64,000 nt of DNA from Lama glama. Its lineage: Eukaryota. Where the stretch lies: assembly GCA_028534125.1 (NCBI GenBank), contig CM052818.1:16184001-16248000 (forward strand), in the 5' to 3' direction. Numbering within the stretch: position 1 is the first letter of the stretch; each line of letters opens with the position of its first letter. A program made the position numbers and the translations under genes. The notes beneath the pieces are model-generated. The model was not told where the DNA came from, did not search any database, and worked only from the letters and a program-made list of their open reading frames with translations. Below, piece after piece: positions 54,955 to 64,000 of the stretch.

Positions 54955-55385
54955 CTGCTACGTGTTCACCAGATCTCATTTCATATTCCTCTTTCCTGGG
55001 TTCATGAAAAACTGTATTTCTCATACCCTTTGGTTGTAGGCATGGCTATTTGAATAGTTATGACTAAAGAAGTGTGTGCAGGGTCAATTCTAAGCTCCTG
55101 CACATTTTTCTAGTCAGTCTTTTCCTATATTGAAATGGTTGAGACTCAGAATCTGTTTCAACTCATCTTTAATAATTGCATGGAAGACAACTGCCCTGGA
55201 GAACTGCCTACCAACAACACATTTTATGAAACAAGAAATTAACTTTCATTATGTGAAATCATGAGATTTGAGGTTCACCCACCCTTCCTTCCTTCCTTCT
55301 TTCCTTCCTTCCTTCCTTCCTTACTTCCTCTCTTCTCGCTCTCTCTTTTAATTGCAGGATACATTTCCTAGTATAACTAAATACT
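54955..55385 (+). mobile_element. MLT1J-like LTR with an internal (CCTT)n expansion at about 55282-55345
   Basis: 'tcctctttcctgggttcatg...gaaacaagaaattaactttcattatgtgaaatcatgagatttgagg' then microsatellite, then 'ctagtataactaaatac'. An L2 fragment lies at about 54700-54940. Confidence 0.7.
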
Positions 55386-55789
55386 ACCTTTGCCTGTAAC
55401 GTCCCTTTTCTTATTCTGAATCTCTATTATATTGGTAGAATTTGTACCTTTTCTGTGCTTAAGAAGTCTCTTCATCAAAAATGAGCCTTCTGTACTGTAG
55501 AAATAAAACATTTTGAAATTGCAAATTTTTGTCTACATTGAGACAACAGGTTTGACTTTTGGTATTAATACTCTTGGGTTGTTTGTTTTCTGTACACAAC
55601 AGTATATTCCTTATAAAGACACTTATTTTCTACATCTATTTTAATTTGAATATCTGTGAGGAATCACTGTGTATATCTCTCTTTTTTCATCTTCTAGATA
55701 TTTAGCAACACTAGAAATAACCATGGGCTTATCTTCAAGATTATTATATAGGTAAGTTTAAGGAATTAAAAAGCCAAGCCAACTGAATC

Positions 55790-55835
55790 TGTGTGTGTGT
55801 GTGTATGTGTGTGTGTGTGTGTGTGCGCGCGCACA
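55790..55835. repeat. (TG)n(CG)n alternating purine-pyrimidine tract
   Basis: Direct reading. Confidence 0.95.
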
Positions 55836-56153
55836 AACACAGATGTATAGGCAAAAGAACACAGCTGCCATGTGCCATCAGGTTGATGACTGGTATTCTT
55901 GTTCTTGGGATAAATTAAATGTTATAGTTAATGGTATTTGTGATCATTTTAGCTTGAAACTATTAAGTCCTCAAATAAAGGTAACATCACACATTTAATG
56001 AGACACTTAGGGCATCCAACTTATTATTAGCAAGCTCACAAAATCATGATTGCAATAAAAAAGAAAATGGTCATTCATATTTTTCTACCTTCTGAACTTT
56101 GACAATCCAAGCTGATATAAAAGTATGCCCTCATCCTGTCTTATATCACTTAC

Positions 56154-56202
56154 CCTCTTCACAACCCTAGGCAAAGGAAATGTTAGAATGTTTTCTCCAA
56201 AC
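56154..56202 (-). other. Weaker candidate exon (49 nt; 13 nt with the inner acceptor)
   Basis: Minus strand: tgatgtttcttcag|GTTTGG...GAAGAGG|gtaagtga; alternative acceptor ttctaacatttcctttgcctag| gives 56154-56166. Confidence 0.3.
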
Positions 56203-57089
56203 CTGAAGAAACATCAAAATTTGAAGAACCAGAGAATTTTGCATTAAGACAAGTTAGCATTTGCACTAGGAAACCTTAAAGAAACCTAATTTTTGGATTG
56301 TTTTCAGCACTATATAATATATTTACAATATAAATAATACACATATATATTTCATATATATATATATGAATATATATATATATTTCATCCTATAGGAAAT
56401 GCGATGTGTGAGTTCATGCATAAATTTTAATGAATAAAGAATAAACACTTTAAAATCAATATTTGATTTGTGGAAATTTAACCTGCTAGTATCTGAGAAA
56501 GCATGGTATTTGTCACAAGTCATCTGAGGCAGGATGAGAAAAAGAACAAAAATAGTAAACTGATATACTTCAAACACACACACCATTTATTATGGTCTGC
56601 ATCTGACACAGGTCAGCCTGGGAAAGCAGTGAACTTTGATAAATAAAGAGATGATTCAGATGAGTAACTTAACTATTTTGAATGAACTTTTCCTGAATCT
56701 CTACAATGTAAAGGGCATTCTACAAAATTCTGGTGCCACAGAGATATAAAATTACCCTTCAGTCTCTTTTCTTTTAAGTTAAATTATTTCATTGTTTTTG
56801 AAAACATAAAAATAATTCAATATAAAAATGTAAGTAATATAGAGAAACACAACTGCAAAAGAAAAATACAAAATCATATCAAATTCCACCATTTGATGAA
56901 CCTCATTCTAGACATGGCTTTCTCTATATATCCCATGATCTAAATAAACATAATGAGAGAGAGAAAATATTTTCATGCTCATGACATCATACTAAACATG
57001 TCACTTTTAATAAAGCAAAATTTCAACTCAATGAATTAATGTAAGTAAGATTTTTCACTTTTTCAGCTGTCCGTTTCATTTTTAGAGAC

Positions 57090-58300
57090 TGATATTTGAA
57101 TCCCTGCTCAAAGTGCTTAGACAAATAGTGCTCTTCTGCTTACCTCTGTCTTCCCCCACCTGCCAATTTTTGTAAGTTACAATATTATTTATGTGTTGTC
57201 AAAGTTTATAAAATTCAGATTCTGTTTTACAACCTCCATTTCCAGAGATGTTTGTTATTAATTTTATTTTTAAATGGATTCAGTGTTCTCAGTTGGTCCT
57301 TTTGTGACAGGCTTTCCATTTCAGATTTTATTTTGTTTTGCTTCATCACTTAGTTGACTGGAGTTATTTATCAAATTTGCTTTTTTCCCTTCAAAAATGG
57401 CCCATACATGCTGTATTCCCTGAGTCTCTGTATGCTTGAAAATAACTGTCATTCTATATGGTTTTGTCCTGTTTTATTGTACTTGAAGGACAACCTTGTT
57501 ATGTGCAAAATCTTGGCTCAGGTTTTTATTTTCCCTCAGAACTTTGTAGGTATTGCACCATTATATTTTGGTATTTAATTTTACTGAAAAAACAATATAA
57601 GGCCAAACTGAATTTTTATTTTTGTGCAATAGATTACTTGTTTTTTGGTGTCCAACTACCTGAAGAATGCTTTCTTTGTATTGTAAGTTCAATAATTTAA
57701 TCATGTGTCATTGCCATGTTCTAAACCCATTTCTGAAATATTTCCTAATGTATTTTAAGTTTTACCTTTATTTCTCCTAATTATATCTCTGAATGATAGA
57801 TTCTGTTCCACTTTAAGGTTTCTACTTCAAGAAGAAATATTAGGTTGGGTCATCACTGTTTGACATCTCAAATCATCACCTTCATTTTTGTTTCTTTGAT
57901 ATCATTTTATTTGAGTTTAGTATGATTTTATCAAACCTTTATGTTCATAATTTGATTTTAATCTATCGCTTCTTTTTCTTGATGTCTCTAAATTAGTCAT
58001 TAGTTCTATAATGGGTTATATTTTGTTTTTACTTTATTTTCTAACTCTATATCCCTTTTTACAGCATTTTAATATTATCTCTCTCTATATATATTTTTTT
58101 AATGATACATAATGTTATTATGTTTGCAAGAGTAGGGAAATATATTCTTCTTCCACGGCTGTATTTTGATCTGAAAAGATTCACTGTGTTTCTTTTTAAA
58201 GTCAGATATCTATCTTTTCTTATAATATGTATGCAGACTTCTCAAGATATTGCCTTTCTTTTTTTAATCTTTTCCCCTTGATTTTTTAAAAATTCTCATT
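57090..58300 (-). mobile_element. Very old L1/HAL1-like remnant
   Basis: T-rich degraded text 'ttgtacttgaaggacaacctt...aaaatcttggctcagg...ttccctcagaactttgtagg'. Confidence 0.5.
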
Positions 58301-58439
58301 TATAATTTTATAAATGTCTGGACATAACATACATAAATATATTTGATTATGTGGCACAATTATAAATGCAGATTTTGGAAGACTGATATTGATCAACATT
58401 ATCTGGACTGACAATAAGCCCATAATGTAGCACAATGGA

Positions 58440-58541
58440 TTTCCTTCTCTCTTCCTAACTTTCTCCCTTTCTCTCTTCATCCTTCCTTCTCTCCCTCCTT
58501 CCCTCTCTCTCTGTCTCTCTCTTTCTTTTTTTCTCTTCTTC
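58440..58541. repeat. Polypyrimidine (CT-rich) tract
   Basis: About 100 nt almost purely C/T. Confidence 0.9.
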
Positions 58542-58569
58542 ATGTAGCTCTCAGAGGTATCTACCTAAT

Positions 58570-59262
58570 TTTTTTCTATCTTACTTTTTTGACCACCTTC
58601 ACCTATTTCCCCCACTTCACACCCCTGTCTCTGGCAACCACAAATTATTCTCTGTATCTATGAGCCTGAGTTTTTGTTTGGTTGGTTAGGTTTTTCAGAT
58701 TCCAAATATAAGAGAAAACATACAGTATTTGTTTTTTTCCCTCTGATTTATTTCACTTATCCACTTTAGAATGCCCCCAAGGTCCATCCATGTTGTCACA
58801 AATAGCAACATTTCATTCTTTTTAATGTTTGGAAATTGTGTGTGTGTGTGTGTGTGTGTGTACACATTTCACAATTTCTTTATCCATTCATGCATCGATG
58901 TATATTTAGGTTGTTTCTATATCTTGGTTATTGTAAAAAGTGCTGCAAAGAACATGAGGCTACTTATATCTTCTTTGGAGTTTTAGTTTTCTTTGATTAA
59001 GTACCCAGAAATGGAATTGGTGGATCACTTGGTAGGTTTATTTTTAATTTTTTTTGGAACCTCCTTACTGTTTTCCATAGTGACTATAACTTACATTCCC
59101 ACCAAAGGTGCATGAAGATTCCCTTTTCTCCCTATCTTTGCCAACACTTGTTATTTCTTATCTTTTTGATAACAGCCATCCTAACAGGGGTGAGGTGATG
59201 TCTCGTTTTGGTTTTTATTTGAATTTCCCTGATGATTCATAATGTTGAACACCTTTATGTAC
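58570..59262 (-). mobile_element. 5'-truncated L1 (3' UTR and ORF2 end) with internal (TG)n
   Basis: 'ctctggcaaccac...ctctgtatctatgag', 'ggtccatccatgttgtcacaaat', 'cagccatcctaacaggggtgaggtgat'. Confidence 0.92.
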
Positions 59263-59499
59263 CTTTCATTAAAATCCTGGATCCTAAGTTTCTTTTAGAA
59301 AGAATCAACCCCTACTATAGACATTCTTCATTCCACCTATCTCTCCCCAATAGTACTTAAGTAGACAGAAATAGTAGTAAAATTAATCCAAGAGAGTGAG
59401 CGCTGGAGATGTCAGTCAACTATTCTCACCAGAGGAGACTGGAGCAGTGGCTTTCCATAGACTCCAAAAATGGAAGCTTAGATCATTTATTTTTGATCT

Positions 59500-59955
59500 T
59501 TCATAGTTTTCAAATATAAGCATTTGATGCTATATTTTTTCCTCTAAAGACTGTTAGTCTCATCTCATAAATTTTCACATGCTGTGCTTTCACTTTCCCT
59601 CAATTCAAAACATTTCCTAATTCCTTCCATGATGCCTTCTACGATTCATAGGTTACTTAAAAGTGTACTGTTTAATTTCTAAAAACATTGAGATTTTTCA
59701 GACTTTTTTGTTATTCATTTATAGTTTTTGTTTTGGTTATAGAATATACTGTTTATTGTTTTAACCAGCTTTAAATTTATTACATTTTGTTTTCTGGCCT
59801 ACCATATATTCTGTTTTGGTAAATAACTCAAGTGCACTTGAAATTAATATGTATTCAAAAAATGTCATTTAGGTCAAGTCGATCTGCAGTGGTATTCAGA
59901 TGTTATATATCTTACTGATTTTCTGAGTTTTGTTCTATTAATTATTGACAGGAGA
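59500..59955 (-). mobile_element. Old L1 ORF2 fragment (endonuclease-proximal)
   Basis: 'taagcatttgatgctata', 'aaagtgtactgtttaatttc', 'gtgcacttgaaattaatatgtattc'. Confidence 0.75.
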
Positions 59956-60111
59956 TACCAGTGTCACCTTGGGTTACTATGAGAGAAGATGAGCTTTAGG
60001 GTATGTTTTAATCCATTCACACTGCTATAACGAAATAACACTGACTGGGTAGCTTAAGCTAGGCAAGTGTTAGATTTGGTGGGGAAAACTTATGAAACCT
60101 TTCTTATGCAA

Positions 60112-60544
60112 TGTTAAAGAACAATTATTCATGACACTTGTTCAAGACGGTAAGGAAGACTTCATTGAAGAGGCACTACTGCATCGGAAGTTTTGAAGTA
60201 GAGGGTAAAAATCAGTCTCAACTATGAATATAAGAAAAACAAGATAAATATCTTGTACCCAAGGAGCACAGTGGGAAGAGGAAACACCAAAGTTAGAGTG
60301 ATTCTTGGTAGACCAACTCAATAGGATTCTTACTGAAGGCAGGTCAGAGTGATATAATATGGAGAGAAAGGGATGAGGAATTTGATCAGATATCAAGAGT
60401 GAAGGATTTTCACTAAACTGACTCAGCAGGAATCTTCCTAAAACTGGAGTAAGATGGCTAAAGACAGAGTCCAATTTTAGGCCTAATCAAAAAGAGGACT
60501 CCAAGGAGCCTGACTCAAGTTTGATCATGTCAGAGTATTTGTCA
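60112..60544 (-). mobile_element. MER31-like ERV1 solo LTR
   Basis: TGTTAAAG...TTTGTCA termini; minus start 'tgacaaa...atcaaacttgagtcaggctcc'; flanks gcaa/gtaa fit a 4-bp TSD with one transition. Confidence 0.85.
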
Positions 60545-61351
60545 GTAATAGGATTTTTCTTGAGGCTGAGGCTAAATTTAAATCTTCCTAACCATATAAT
60601 TATGCAACTATAACAATGACACATACATTAATAAAATATAGATCTAAATAAATTAAATAAGCATATAAATAACTGGAAGTTACATTGTGATTACTTACAT
60701 ATGAGAATCATAAAACCATCAGTTGCTCTCATTCTATGATCTACTTTTAGAAAATTGCAAAGAACAGTAACCCTTCAAGTGCAATAGGGCTTCTATACAC
60801 ATATATGTATGTAAGCAAGAGAGCCAGAGAGCAGGAGAACTAGAGAGAGAGAAAATGGGAATCATGTTCCATTACATACTCAGAAATAGACTTATAGAAG
60901 CCAACATTTCTGATGATCTTTATCCTCTAGAAGAGCAATTTTAAAACCCTATTTCCATTCCATCACACACAAGATATAATGCCACATGTTCCCTTATGCA
61001 ATACTTAGAACAGTGAATGCAACAGTATGTCTTTCTCCATCCTCAATCAATCATTGTCAATGAAGCTCATTTTGAAAATATTAGAGGAAAAACTTAAATC
61101 CTAATTCTAATTGCATATATATGCAATTTTTGCTTCTAGTGTTATATTCTAGAACTTAGCATACAGTTTTGTAAGTCAGTTGTATTTTTTCTCTTAATAT
61201 CCTTCCATAAGTGAATAATTCTTTGCCATTATCGTTCTTCACTCTATGAGACACAGGTTGGTGGGAAAGTTCTTTCTTTCGTCCTTTCTTTTATTACATG
61301 CTTGTTATTCAATTTAATTTAATTACAATTTAATTATAAGTACTGTATTGA

Positions 61352-61670
61352 ATGGCAACATAATGTAGTGCTTAAGAAGAAAGTTTTTTGATTAGACAGA
61401 TGTGACTTTAAGCTTGCTGTGCTGCTACCAGCGGTAGCAAGAGTAGAGGCAGCCAGAAGAGAGCAAAAGACAATTAGCGTGTGAATCCACCCTACCAGCT
61501 ACCAGTTGTGTGACTTTAAGTTTACTTAAAATGTCTGAACCCCTCTCCCATTGTAAAAGGGATATAACAGTAATTTCTCCAATGAGTTTTTACAAAGGCT
61601 AAAGATATAATCCATTTAAATTTCTTGGCACAGTTTATGGAAGATATTAAATGCTCTATAAATATTTGTT
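61352..61670 (+). mobile_element. MIR SINE carrying a small insertion
   Basis: 'ggcaacataatgtagtgcttaaga', core 'tgtgtgacttt...ttacttaa...tgtaaaagggatataacagta', tail 'aatgctctataaatatttg'. Confidence 0.8.
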
Positions 61671-62819
61671 GGCATCTAAGGTAACTGAAATACTAGCAGT
61701 AGGAGTTGTCACTGTAGTTTAAATTTTAGTCATACCAGTAGTAGTAGTAATAAATTTCTGCACACCTCACTGTTGTGTCTAGTCATCTTGGTTGAGAGTC
61801 AATCAATTTCTTAGAATATATTTCTGTGGGAGAAATTTTCCTGAAAAAAAGAACCCTGAGAACCTGAAACATCTGCCCTGGTTTTGTATGAATCTCTTTC
61901 AATCTGATATGCACAATTTTTTTTCTATTGCTAATAGTATTATCATATACACATTGCTGTATTTTGAACACAAAAGTCCGAGAGGCAAGGTTGAGGGAAC
62001 AGATGGCGATTAAAAGGCTGACTATGAGAAATGGGGTGGTGTAGGGGACAACAGACACTAGGCCTAGCTGTCCTCACGTCACACTGCACAGTAATACTGA
62101 AAGTACATAGGGATGTGTGTCCAAGATGCTCCTTGATGCTAGTAGAACAGACTGCCTTTCAGAGGCAACCTTCATTTGTTGGCTCCACCCGAGTAAATCT
62201 AGAGAAAGGAGCATGGATGATAAAAGTGCAGTCAGATTCCTAGAAAATTATAGCCTAGTAGTGATGCTAGGAAATGGAGGATTTATAGTAAGTCTCAGTG
62301 AGGGGGAAATATCCACCAAAAAACAAATGTTGGAGAATTTAAAAGTCATTCTACAGCTCCTTTTTTTTTTTTTCTCTCTTTTGGTGAAATAAGAACTCTG
62401 CCTATAAAAACTGCTTAGGGCAATTATCTTCATCCACCGAAGAAGTTAATTAAAATACACATTTTAAATTTATCTCCATATTTGGTAAGTAACATAAACT
62501 CCTTGAACCTTCATGTTTTGTTCCATAAAACAGAGATGACAATAATTATGCATAGACTTATTTTAGGATTCAAATTAATAATACATGAAAAACACCTGGC
62601 ACTGAGCAGGCCTTCCATGAACCTAAGTACTCACTTTTGTTTTTCTATGTCATGACAGGACCAAAGACTCTTTTGCTGTTAACTTAGAAGAAGTGATTAT
62701 ATAATTATGTCTCCAAGCTATTATCATTCCTTTTCTAACCCTTACCCCTCTCTCATCAATGAAAATAGCCTTCAACATAGTTTATAAATAAGGCACTACC
62801 AACTCAGTTCATCTTTGCA

Positions 62820-63050
62820 CAATTAGTTCAAGTGGTTAAGCTGTATTGTTAATAACTACAGCAGAATGGTTTTGATTTCAATAAAATAGAAAAAGAAAAA
62901 CCAAAAAATTTGGCTTTACTGACAAGACTACAAACCTAGCCATTTTAAATAATCTCATTATAACGTGCTATTTGTCAAAAGAAGGTTCTCTTACAATGGA
63001 GAAAAAGGCAGTCCATTACTACTGCAGGTAAAAGTGATCTCAAATTGAGT
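62820..63050 (+). mobile_element. MamSINE1-like ancient tRNA-derived SINE
   Basis: tRNA-Ile-like head 'ttagttcaagtggttaagctgtattgttaataac...ggttttgatt', then 'cgtgctatttgtcaaaag' and 'tccattactactgcagg'. Confidence 0.6.
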
Positions 63051-63349
63051 GAATAACACCATCATTATGTGTCCAAAATGACACTCTCTCCCCCCAGTGC
63101 AGACAACTCCAAACAGGAAGTTTGAGCTCTATTTGGGGTAAGAAGAATAGAAACAAGCTAGTGACAGTTAAAAACTAAGAGAAAGACATACTTTTTCAGT
63201 TCTACATGGGCTTCTTCAACTTGTCAAGGATTTGGGACTAGGGAGGGCATAACACATAATGATTAAAAAAAGATTTTATATTAAATATCATTTAGGGATT
63301 TTTAAGAGATCTCTGCATGAGCTAAGTGGATGTAGTTTTCCTAGTCCAA

Positions 63350-63900
63350 TTAAGTTATAGCCTGGAATACTGAAAAAACTTGCAGATGAGAATGCTCCAC
63401 TTCAATAATCTTTAATGAACTAGGGAGAGGTTGCTATAAGCTGGAGATAAACAAAATTCTAAATGTTTAAATATTTTTAAATTACAAAAAAATTATATTA
63501 AGCTATGGAGTTGTATAAATAATGCAAATATTGAAAAAAAACTGTATCAAACTTTTAGAAATAAATATATTAAGCATTTTGAATAGGCAGGAATCCACTA
63601 AAAGCAAGTGAAGCCAGCAAATTTTATATGTGTGTGTCTGCATGTGTGTATACTATATACTATGTGTGATTCTGATTTTTCAAGACTGCTGTAGACATAC
63701 CATAATACTGATTTAAATAAAGTTTTGACAAAGCCCCTCATGATATTTATAGGGTCAAAATGGAGATGGGTAGATAAGGCAAATGAAGCCAGAATACTTA
63801 GAAAATATGTGTCAGAAAGTGTTTAGTAATAGATGAATATCTCTCAATTATATGTAACAGGGTCTTAACTTGTTTTTATATCAGTGATATGAAAGAGAAT
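63350..63900 (+). mobile_element. CR1/L3 LINE RT-region remnant
   Basis: 'atactgaaaaaacttgcagatgagaatgct' (LKELADEIA-like) and 'gatttaaataaagttttgacaaagcccctcatga' (DFSKAFDKVPH-like). Confidence 0.7.
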
Positions 63901-63949
63901 ATACACAATAAGATATACACAATATACACAGTAGAAGCTCCCTCGTTCT

Positions 63950-63995
63950 GTGGGGGAATCAGGCATGATTCGAAAACTTGGATGGGAGACCTTGG
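63950..63995 (+). pseudogene. 5S rRNA-like fragment (5S pseudogene or 5S-derived SINE head)
   Basis: 16-nt match ACTTGGATGGGAGACC (63976-63991) to the 5S box C region, with weaker upstream similarity. Confidence 0.4.
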
Positions 63996-64000
63996 CAAGT

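Noticed and set aside
62820..62885. tRNA gene
   Set aside because: Too degenerate to fold as a cloverleaf and continues into a SINE body.

Overview
AT-rich, strongly CpG-depleted mammalian genomic DNA that looks intergenic or deep-intronic, with two assembly gaps (100 N at 8185-8284, 500 N at 48080-48579). The youngest L1 3' UTR resembles camelid-type cetartiodactyl L1, and I saw no young lineage SINEs (Alu, B1, Bov-A/tA, PRE1, Can-SINE); this lineage call is tentative. The window is a layered transposon fossil record: L1 of several ages, L2, MIR, CR1/L3, MamSINE1, MaLR (MLT1), ERV1/ERVL solo LTRs (MER21-, MER31-, MER34-, LTR33-like, plus two younger LTRs) and hAT MITEs (MER5, MER53, MER58). 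I recognise no intact host protein-coding gene; the ORF track is L1 ORF2 remnants, microsatellites or noise. The most notable structures are a 5'-inverted (twin-primed) young L1, an L1 keeping both ends but lacking its middle, a perfect 189-bp tandem duplication, an LTR nested in an L1, a small insert between 8-bp direct repeats in a MIR, and several candidate minus-strand exons (best: 11545-11605) that may belong to a long spliced transcript. I cannot support a new biological system from this sequence. Repeat family names come from remembered consensus sequences, not from a search, and most repeat boundaries are approximate.
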